Virus record (IMG/VR): IMGVR_UViG_649989946_000002
Strand: one strand, 5' to 3'
Origin: a virus
Taxonomy: Duplodnaviria > Heunggongvirae > Uroviricota > Caudoviricetes
DNA: 40,386 bases
Under the pieces are notes generated by a model. The model was not told the origin of the DNA and did not search any database. It saw only the letters and a program-made list of their open reading frames with translations. Below, piece after piece: positions 34,010 through 40,386 of this stretch; position 1 is the stretch's first letter; each line of letters begins with the position of its first letter. The position numbers and the translations under genes are program-made.

Positions 34010-35029
34010 TTATCCCCTGAAACCAGGCGGAATTTCTGTATCCGGTTCAGAAATATGATTCACACAACGCTGTACAGGTGAACGTCCCAGGCGGATGACC
34101 AGTTCGTCCCATTTTTCGCGGAGTTTTGACGGGCTCATGATGTTTTTTACCCAGAATTGATCTCGCTGTACCCGACCAAACATTTCGCAAATTTGTCTGT
34201 GGCTTCTGCCATCCAGCATCCGCATTGTGCGCACGTCATTGGCCCAGGCTGTCCAGTTAGGCTCTTTTGGTCGCATGATCTCTCCATCGTCGCTGGCAGC
34301 CTGTTCGTAAAGGTTCACGATCCGCCCCCAAATCCACTGCGCACACGCCAAATCCTCCCTGCTACCCCACTGGCGTTTTTTCGCACTAAACACAACCGCG
34401 TCGGGGTTCCGGGTTAAAAAATCCTGTTCAGCGGTCTGCGGGTCCGGTTGCGAAGCTTCCGGACGAAAAGTGTTTTTATTCTCTGTAGTAATCTCTGTTG
34501 TATTCTCTGTAAGATCATCAGGCCATTTTGACCCGATGACATTGGGTCGTTTTGAACCAATGGAGCGTTTCATTTTGACCTCTTCCATCGTGTCATTTTG
34601 ACCTGATGGAGCGGCGCATTTTAAACCGATGGATTCGCTCAATTTGCCACCATCTAAAAGCTCGCTCCCGTAGTTGATCGTGTAGAAATTGGTCATATCG
34701 CGCTTTGATTTATTGAGCTTTTCACAACGCAAAAGCCCCAGCGTTTTCAGACTTGCAAACGCGCGCTTTAACGTTGACTCTGACCAGAATGGGAACTGTT
34801 CCAGCCATTGTTCCGTTGTGTTGTAAATCCAGCGAACACCATCACATTCCATGCCGGAATTGGTATCTCTCAACCAGTAATGCAACTGCTGCAACACAAT
34901 GGCTTCATTTAAGCCAATCTTCATCGCAAGCTGTGTGTTTATAACCAGTGGGCGTTCAGCAAAAAGAAGGCTCATAATTCCATCCAGCTTTTTGTTGGTA
35001 TTGCTGTCGATACGCAAGCTTGAAAGCAA
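34010..35029 (-). CDS. Replication initiator, lambda O-like (replisome organiser) with internal origin iterons
   Basis: 339-aa ORF in the O position downstream of the cro-like dicC; six 23-bp iterons lie within its coding sequence; true start may be the internal Met at 34975. Confidence 0.7.
   Translation of the reverse strand: MLSSLRIDSNTNKKLDGIMSLLFAERPLVINTQLAMKIGLNEAIVLQQLHYWLRDTNSGMECDGVRWIYNTTEQWLEQFPFWSESTLKRAFASLKTLGLLRCEKLNKSKRDMTNFYTINYGSELLDGGKLSESIGLKCAAPSGQNDTMEEVKMKRSIGSKRPNVIGSKWPDDLTENTTEITTENKNTFRPEASQPDPQTAEQDFLTRNPDAVVFSAKKRQWGSREDLACAQWIWGRIVNLYEQAASDDGEIMRPKEPNWTAWANDVRTMRMLDGRSHRQICEMFGRVQRDQFWVKNIMSPSKLREKWDELVIRLGRSPVQRCVNHISEPDTEIPPGFRG
34524..34662. repeat. Origin-of-replication iterons: 6 direct repeats, 23-bp period, consensus CATTTTGACC-N-GATGGAG
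   Basis: Repeat units start at 34524, 34548, 34571, 34594, 34617 and 34640 (CATTTTGACC / CGTTTTGAAC / CATTTTAAAC / CAATTTGCCA); adjacent A/T-rich stretch with 3x TCTCTGT at 34470-34520. Confidence 0.75.
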
Positions 35030-35477
35030 TTGCTTTTTCTATAAGTTCGTCAGTTTCACGATCCACTACGGCAGGATCAGCAAAAAGCAGTCCGGACTCC
35101 ACCACATCGCCATATTCTTTGTTTAACCCGGCGATCATGCACGTGATGCTTTTTCCGTCAGTAATTTCACGATACAACCTGAAATCACTAATCCGGATAG
35201 CCTCCATAATCGCAGGCACTAGCGCCGTGAACTTTTCACGCTTATCCCTGGTATCGATAGCCTTCCAGCGTTCGAATATCTTCACTCGATTAACACCAAG
35301 CGCTCGCTGATCAACCGCGCCACCTTCATCTGTGACACGCTGAACATCGATGTTCGGGCGCTCTTTCAAAGCCCAGAATGCTTCAGTGATTAATATCGTC
35401 GCCTGCTCCTGTGTCATTCCTGGTCGACATATCCAGGCATCCAGAGCCTCACGAGCCTGTTCAGGAGTGATTTTCAT
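34956..35477 (-). CDS. Hypothetical early-region protein in the cII/YdaT position
   Basis: 173-aa ORF MKITPEQAREALDAWICRPGMTQEQATILITEAFWALKER... between dicC and the O-like gene. Confidence 0.5.
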   Translation of the reverse strand: MKITPEQAREALDAWICRPGMTQEQATILITEAFWALKERPNIDVQRVTDEGGAVDQRALGVNRVKIFERWKAIDTRDKREKFTALVPAIMEAIRISDFRLYREITDGKSITCMIAGLNKEYGDVVESGLLFADPAVVDRETDELIEKAIAFKLAYRQQYQQKAGWNYEPSFC

Positions 35478-35688
35478 TGTTCAACCGCCCCGCCCGCTTC
35501 GTCTTACGATATTCATCATAAACTTTGGGATCATACTGAAGCTCCCCGCCAGATGCCTCCTGTAGACGCATCGCGCGACCTTCAGGAACCAGTATCCCCC
35601 AAGCAGCAACACTTGCCAGCCTCACTCCTGCGGCATTGGCAAGCTTTGTTTTGCTGCCAAAAAAAGTAATTGCGTCAACTTTAAGCAT
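35461..35688 (-). CDS. dicC: Cro-like regulator DicC
   Basis: MLKVDAITFFGSKTKLANAAGVRLASVAAWGILVPEGRAMRLQEASGGELQYDPKVYDEYRKTKRAGRLNNENHS (75 aa), divergent from dicA. Confidence 0.85.
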   Translation of the reverse strand: MLKVDAITFFGSKTKLANAAGVRLASVAAWGILVPEGRAMRLQEASGGELQYDPKVYDEYRKTKRAGRLNNENHS

Positions 35689-35701
35689 CAAAGCCCCCCT
35701 C

Positions 35702-35720
35702 TTGTTAGATTTTTCTAACA
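35702..35720. promoter_or_regulatory. DicA/DicC operator palindrome in the dicC-dicA intergenic region
   Basis: TTGTTAGA-TTT-TCTAACA inverted repeat. Confidence 0.6.
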
Positions 35721-35769
35721 TTATTGTGCGCGGGATACCTAAGTCAAGAAAAATTAGAATTACCTAACT

Positions 35770-36177
35770 ATGGATACAAGAACCCTGGGCCAGCGAGTTC
35801 TGGCGCGACGAAAAGAATTACGCTTAACACAACGAGAAGCCGCGCGCCTCGCTGGAGTTGCTCACGTCACAATTTCACAATGGGAAAGAGACGAAACCCA
35901 GCCAGTCGGAAAACGATTGTTTGCTTTAGCGGATGCTCTGAAGTGCTCACCTACATGGCTAATGTTTGGTGACGAAGACAAGGCACCAGTGCCTGCACAA
36001 GAACTTCATGTGGAAACAGAGCTAACTCCCAACCACAAAGAATTGATCGAATTATTCGATGCTCTTCCATCTTCCGAGCAGGAAGCCTTGCTGTCTGAAA
36101 TGCGCGCAAGAGTAGAAAACTTCAACAAACTCTTCGAAGAAATGCTTAAAGCGCGTAAAAATAAATCAATAAAATAA
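35770..36177 (+). CDS. dicA: Repressor DicA (HTH_XRE, cI-like immunity repressor)
   Basis: 135-aa ORF MDTRTLGQRVLARRKELRLTQREAARLAGVAHVTISQWERDETQPVGKRLFALADAL... Confidence 0.95.
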   Translation: MDTRTLGQRVLARRKELRLTQREAARLAGVAHVTISQWERDETQPVGKRLFALADALKCSPTWLMFGDEDKAPVPAQELHVETELTPNHKELIELFDALPSSEQEALLSEMRARVENFNKLFEEMLKARKNKSIK

Positions 36178-36212
36178 CATTCTTTTCAAGTGATTAGTTG
36201 CGCCCACCCTTT

Positions 36213-36232
36213 TTGTTAGATCAATCTAACAA
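36213..36232. promoter_or_regulatory. Second DicA operator palindrome upstream of the ydfA-dicB operon
   Basis: TTGTTAGA-TCAA-TCTAACAA perfect inverted repeat. Confidence 0.6.
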
Positions 36233-36345
36233 AAAACACTTGCCTCTCATGTTAGGTTATTCTAAATTATTTTCCATCAAGACACCGCACGGTGTTCTCA
36301 GCAAACAGTTCCGCTACCCCGGCGTTAAGGGGAAATGAGGTCAGC

Positions 36346-36501
36346 ATGGATACTATCGATCTTGGCAACAACGAATCTCTGGTATGTGGCGTGTTTCCAA
36401 ACCAGGACGGCACGTTCACCGAAATGACGTATACCAAAAGCAAAACGTTTAAAACCGAATCTGGAGCGCGTCGCTGGCTGGAAAGAAATTCAGGTGGGTG
36501 A
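36346..36501 (+). CDS. ydfA: YdfA-like small protein (51 aa)
   Basis: MDTIDLGNNESLVCGVFPNQDGTFTEMTYTKSKTFKTESGARRWLERNSGG with GAGG RBS. Confidence 0.7.
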   Translation: MDTIDLGNNESLVCGVFPNQDGTFTEMTYTKSKTFKTESGARRWLERNSGG

Positions 36502-36502
36502 T

Positions 36503-36631
36503 ATGGATTTCGACACAATCATGGAAAAGGCTTACGAAGAATACTTCGAAGGCCTTGCCGAAGGCGAAGAAGCTCTCAGCTTCAGCGAATTTAAACAGGC
36601 GCTTTCCAGTTCGGCAAAATCTAACGGCTGA
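36503..36631 (+). CDS. ydfB: YdfB-like small protein (42 aa); absent from the ORF track
   Basis: Hand translation: MDFDTIMEKAYEEYFEGLAEGEEALSFSEFKQALSSSAKSNG*; start immediately after the ydfA stop. Confidence 0.65.
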   Translation: MDFDTIMEKAYEEYFEGLAEGEEALSFSEFKQALSSSAKSNG

Positions 36632-36660
36632 TAAGCGAAACAGCACCGCGAGGAATCAGT

Positions 36661-36879
36661 ATGCAGAAACGAGAACCCGTCATCATCGCGCCAGACTATA
36701 CCGATGATGAACTTTATGAGTGGATGCGCCAGAAAATTAATGCAGCGCAGGATCTGAAATGGGCTAATGAAGCCAGGGCTAAGCAGGCTGAAAATCTGTC
36801 CGCTCTGGAGCAGGATATCACCAATCTGGAAAAAGCAGCGGCATTAAGCATTGCCAGAATGATTACATACCCGCGTTAG
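36661..36879 (+). CDS. ydfC: YdfC-like protein (72 aa)
   Basis: MQKREPVIIAPDYTDDELYEWMRQKINAAQDLKWANEARAKQAENLSALEQDITNLEKAAALSIARMITYPR. Confidence 0.8.
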   Translation: MQKREPVIIAPDYTDDELYEWMRQKINAAQDLKWANEARAKQAENLSALEQDITNLEKAAALSIARMITYPR

Positions 36880-37219
36880 TAGCTAATCAACAAAGCTAAG
36901 GTTAGTAATTAAGGAGTTCTCCACGGGTGAGGTGGAGTGCGTGCGCCGGACACGGGTGCGCATCCGGAACTGACAGTTTACTGAAAGGATATTTCCCTGA
37001 AAAGTCAGACCATAACGCGAAAGCGCACGGCGAGGTAGCTGGTTCATAGATAGCCTGTCGTTAAATTTTCGTCGACCGTGCGCTTCCGGTTGTGGCAACC
37101 CGCGAAATGGCGCGGCGGTAAGTATGGCGGGGTTATTCCTTCCCCGTTGAGGACACCGGGTTGTCAGGTTGACCATACGCTTAAGTGACAACCCCGCTGC
37201 AACGCCCTCTGTTATCAAT

Positions 37220-37277
37220 TTTCTGGTGACGTTTGGCGGTATCAGTTTTACTCCGTGACTGCTCTGCCGCCCTTTTT
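37220..37277 (+). ncRNA. dicF: DicF small regulatory RNA (ftsZ/division-inhibiting sRNA) including its terminator hairpin
   Basis: TTTCTGGTGACGTTTGGCGGTATCAGTTTTACTCCGTGACTGCTCTGCCGCCCTTTTT matches the DicF sequence as recalled; between ydfC and dicB. Confidence 0.85.
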
Positions 37278-37446
37278 AAAGTGAATTTTGTGATGTGGTG
37301 AATGCGGCTGAGCGCACGCGGAACAGTTAAAACCAAAAACAGTGTTATGGGTGGATTCTCTGTATCCGGCGTTAATTGTTAACTGGTTAACGTCACCTGG
37401 AGGCACCAGGCACTGCATCACAAAATTCATTGTTGAGGACGCGATA

Positions 37447-37635
37447 ATGAAAACGTTATTACCAAACGTTAATACGTCTGAAGGTTGTTTTGAAATTGGT
37501 GTCACTATCAGTAACCCAGTATTTACTGAAGATGCCATTAACAAGAGAAAACAAGAACGGGAGCTATTAAATAAAATATGCATTGTTTCAATGCTGGCTC
37601 GTTTACGTCTGATGCCAAAAGGATGTGCACAATGA
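37447..37635 (+). CDS. dicB: Cell-division inhibitor DicB
   Basis: MKTLLPNVNTSEGCFEIGVTISNPVFTEDAINKRKQERELLNKICIVSMLARLRLMPKGCAQ (62 aa). Confidence 0.9.
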   Translation: MKTLLPNVNTSEGCFEIGVTISNPVFTEDAINKRKQERELLNKICIVSMLARLRLMPKGCAQ

Positions 37636-37823
37636 ATTCAGCATTTGTGCTTGTTCTGACAGTTTTTCTTGTTTCCGGAGAGCCAGTTGATATTGCAGTC
37701 AGTGTTCACAGGACAATGCAGGAGTGTATGACTGCAGCAACCGAACAGAAAATTCCCGGTAACTGTTACCCGGTCGATAAAGTTATTCACCAGGATAATA
37801 TCGAAATCCCGGCAGGTCTTTAA
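37632..37823 (+). CDS. ydfD: YdfD-like small membrane protein
   Basis: MNSAFVLVLTVFLVSGEPVDIAVSVHRTMQECMTAATEQKIPGNCYPVDKVIHQDNIEIPAGL; ATGA overlap with the dicB stop. Confidence 0.8.
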   Translation: MNSAFVLVLTVFLVSGEPVDIAVSVHRTMQECMTAATEQKIPGNCYPVDKVIHQDNIEIPAGL

Positions 37824-37915
37824 AACAGTTCCGTAATAAATATCCGGTTTCATTCTTATATGCCAGCAATGGCAGGGATTTGTTCATCCTTAAATCTGTC
37901 ATGAGGTTAAAACAA

Positions 37916-38890
37916 ATGAGTAAAGTCTTTATTTGCGCCGCTATTCCTGACGAACTGGCAACAAGGGAAGAAGGCGCTGTGGCTGTAGCCACAGCCATTG
38001 AAGCTGGCGACGAACGCCGTGCTCGAGCAAAATTTCACTGGCAATTCCTGGAACATTATCCGGCTGCTCAGGACTGCGCTTATAAATTTATTGTCTGCGA
38101 GGATAAACCTGGCATACCCCGCCCTGCCCTCGATTCATGGGATGCTGAATATATGCAGGAAAACCGCTGGGATGAGGAGTCTGCTTCTTTTGTCCCGGTT
38201 GAGACTGAATCCGATCCGATGAACGTCACTTTTGACAAGCTGGCCCCTGAAGTACAGAACGCTGTCATGGTTAAGTTCGACACATGTGAAAACATCACCG
38301 TTGATATGGTTATTAGCGCACAGGAATTGTTGCAGGAAGACATGGCAACATTCGACGGACATATCGTTGAAGCGTTGATGAAAATGCCAGAAGTTAACGC
38401 CATGTATCCGGAGCTTAAGTTGCACGCCATTGGGTGGGTTAAGCATAAATGTATTCCTGGTGCTAAATGGCCCGAAATTCAGGCAGAGATGCGCATCTGG
38501 AAAAAACGTCGCGAAGGTGAACGCAAGGAAACCGGAAAATACACGTCTGTTGTTGATCTCGCCCGCGCCAGAGCCAATCAACAGTACACTGAAAATTCAA
38601 CAGGAAAAATCAGCCCGGTCATTGCTGCCATTCATCGCGAATACAAGCAGACATGGAAAACACTGGATGACGAACTGGCCTACGCTCTCTGGCCTAGTGA
38701 TGTGGATGCCGGAAACATTGACGGCAGCATCCATCGCTGGGCAAAAAAGAAGTTATCGACAACGACCGCGAAGACTGGAAGCGTATCTCGGCATCAATGC
38801 GCAAACAGCCTGATGCCCTTCGCTACGACCGCCAAACTATTTTTGGCCTTGTCCGTGAGCGTCCGATCGACATTCACAAAGATCCCGTAG
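37916..38890 (+). CDS. YdfE-like protein, N-terminal part of a large leftward-operon protein (frame break at 38743-38748)
   Basis: MSKVFICAAIPDELATREEGAVAVATAIEAGDERRARAKF...; GAGG RBS; sequence after ...SIHRWAKK looks out of frame. Confidence 0.6.
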   Translation: MSKVFICAAIPDELATREEGAVAVATAIEAGDERRARAKFHWQFLEHYPAAQDCAYKFIVCEDKPGIPRPALDSWDAEYMQENRWDEESASFVPVETESDPMNVTFDKLAPEVQNAVMVKFDTCENITVDMVISAQELLQEDMATFDGHIVEALMKMPEVNAMYPELKLHAIGWVKHKCIPGAKWPEIQAEMRIWKKRREGERKETGKYTSVVDLARARANQQYTENSTGKISPVIAAIHREYKQTWKTLDDELAYALWPSDVDAGNIDGSIHRWAKKKLSTTTAKTGSVSRHQCANSLMPFATTAKLFLALSVSVRSTFTKIP

Positions 38891-40386
38891 CACTGAACAA
38901 ATATATCTGCGAATACCTGACGACAAAGGGCGTGTTTGAGAATGAAGAAACAGACCTGGGCACTGTTGATGTTCTCCAGTCATCAGAAACACAAACTGAT
39001 GCAGTGGAAACTGAGGTATCTGATATCCCAAAAAATGAAACCGCGCCGGAAGCTGAACCATCTGTAGAGCGTGAGGGGCCGTTCTATTTCCTCTTCGCAG
39101 ATAAGGACGGAGAAAAATACGGTCGCGCAAACAAACTCTCTGGTCTGGATAAGGCACTGGCTGCTGGCGCCACTGAAATCACAAAAGAAGAATATTTTGC
39201 CCGAAAAAATGGCACATACACGGGCTTACCGCAAAATGTAGATACCGCTGAAGATTCAGAACAACCAGAGCCGATAAAAGTTACCGCTGACGAAGTAAAC
39301 AAAATTATGCAGGCAGCCAATATCAGCCAGCCTGACGCCGATAAGTTGCTTGCTGCATCACGTGGTGAATTTGTTGAAGGGATTAGTGACCCGAATGATC
39401 CGAAATGGGTTAAGGGGCTCCAGACCCGCGATTCTGTGAACCAGAACCAGCATGAATCGGAACGGAACTACCAAAAAGCGGAACAAAACAGTCCAAATGC
39501 GTTACAAAACGAGCCAGAAACGAAACAGCCTGAACCAGTAGCGCAACAGGAAGTGGAAAAAGTCTGCACCGCCTGCGGTCAGACCGGCGGCGGCAACTGC
39601 CCTGATTGTGGCGCGGTGATGGGCGACGCAACATACCAAGAAACATTCGATGAAGAGTATCAGGTTGAAGTTCAGGAAGATGATCCGGAGGAAATGGAAG
39701 GCGCTGAACATCCACACAAGGAGAACACTGGCGGCAATCAGCATCACAATAGCGATAATGAAACTGGCGAGACGGCAGATCACCCAATTAAGGTGAACGG
39801 TCATCACGAAATCACATCCACCAGCAGGACGTGTGACCATCTAATGATCGACCTTGAAACCATGGGAAAAAATCCTGATGCCCCGATCATCTCAATAGGT
39901 GCAATATTTTTCGATCCGCAAACCGGAGATATGGGACCGGAATTTAGTAAGACTATCGATCTGGAAACTGCTGGCGGAGTCATTGATCGGGACACCATTA
40001 AATGGTGGCTTAAGCAATCACGCGAAGCGCAATCTGCCATTATGACCGATGAAATCCCGTTAGATGATGCACTGTTACAATTGCGAGAATTTATCGACGA
40101 AAACTCCGGTGAATTTTTTGTTCAGGTTTGGGGAAATGGAGCCAACTTCGACAACACGATTTTGCGCCGTTCATACGAACGGCAGGGGATCCCCTGCCCG
40201 TGGCGTTACTACAACGATCGCGATGTACGCACAATCGTTGAGCTGGGGAAAGCCATAGACTTCGATGCCAGAACGGCTATTCCATTCGAAGGTGAGCGCC
40301 ATAATGCACTTGATGACGCCCGTTACCAGGCAAAATACGTTTCAGTTATCTGGCAAAAACTGATCCCGAGTCAGGCTGATTCTTAA
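38797..40386 (+). CDS. C-terminal part of the same protein, carrying a DnaQ-like DEDDh 3'-5' exonuclease domain
   Basis: Motifs LMIDLETMG (Exo I), VWGNGANFD (Exo II), HNALDDARYQAKY (Exo III); frame open upstream of the Met back through the A-run at 38743-38748. Confidence 0.7.
   Translation: MRKQPDALRYDRQTIFGLVRERPIDIHKDPVALNKYICEYLTTKGVFENEETDLGTVDVLQSSETQTDAVETEVSDIPKNETAPEAEPSVEREGPFYFLFADKDGEKYGRANKLSGLDKALAAGATEITKEEYFARKNGTYTGLPQNVDTAEDSEQPEPIKVTADEVNKIMQAANISQPDADKLLAASRGEFVEGISDPNDPKWVKGLQTRDSVNQNQHESERNYQKAEQNSPNALQNEPETKQPEPVAQQEVEKVCTACGQTGGGNCPDCGAVMGDATYQETFDEEYQVEVQEDDPEEMEGAEHPHKENTGGNQHHNSDNETGETADHPIKVNGHHEITSTSRTCDHLMIDLETMGKNPDAPIISIGAIFFDPQTGDMGPEFSKTIDLETAGGVIDRDTIKWWLKQSREAQSAIMTDEIPLDDALLQLREFIDENSGEFFVQVWGNGANFDNTILRRSYERQGIPCPWRYYNDRDVRTIVELGKAIDFDARTAIPFEGERHNALDDARYQAKYVSVIWQKLIPSQADS

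Noticed and set aside
34524-34662. Possible CRISPR array
   Set aside because: The repeats have a 23-bp period with no spacer-sized unique segments and lie inside a replication gene; this is an iteron origin, not a CRISPR array.
36498-36707. 69-aa plus-strand ORF from the ORF track
   Set aside because: Out of frame with, and overlapping, the 42-aa ydfB reading frame that starts right after the ydfA stop; the basic low-complexity translation is less plausible than ydfB.
36883-37583. Two 111-aa minus-strand ORFs (36883..37218 and 37248..37583)
   Set aside because: They overlap the DicF precursor region and dicB on the opposite strand; the region is better explained by the sRNA and the plus-strand operon.

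Overview
The window is a reverse-oriented, mosaic lambdoid prophage from an E. coli-type host. I did not find an unassigned multi-gene cluster that looks like a new defence or other system; essentially every long ORF is accounted for. Family names below rest on reading the translated ORFs against protein sequences recalled from memory, not on any database search.

Layout (prophage late genes are on the minus strand):
- 1-19960: a lambda-type morphogenesis module, near-identical in protein sequence to phage lambda (stf partial, lom, J, I, K, L, M, H, T, G, V, U, Z, FII, FI, E, D, Nu3, C, B, W, A, Nu1).
- ~20138-20149: the cos site (cohesive-end sequence).
- 20150-27600: a Qin/phage-21-type late region (ynfO-like gene, IS3 insertion, gnsB-, ynfN-, cspI-like morons, Rz/Rz1, SAR endolysin, DUF1327 gene, pinholin, zinc-ribbon gene, cspB, cspF).
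- 27606-30877: antiterminator Q, a DUF968 gene, small ORFs, and the hokD-relE-relB toxin-antitoxin locus.
- 31360-31776: flxA with a sigma-28-type promoter.
- 32176-35477: a second IS (rve-type transposase) next to an O-like replication gene carrying an iteron origin.
- 35461-40386: the dicC/dicA immunity switch, then the leftward operon ydfA-ydfB-ydfC-DicF-dicB-ydfD and a large protein with a C-terminal DEDDh exonuclease domain.

Most notable observations:
- Five single-base reading-frame breaks in otherwise conserved genes (stf, L, Z, Rz, ydfE/exonuclease), four of them in homopolymer runs. This looks like either homopolymer sequencing error or a decaying cryptic prophage.
- Two IS insertions, one (IS3) with a clean 3-bp target duplication splitting a small ORF.
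- Six 23-bp iterons inside the O-like gene.
- hokD, a 51-aa toxin ORF missing from the ORF track.
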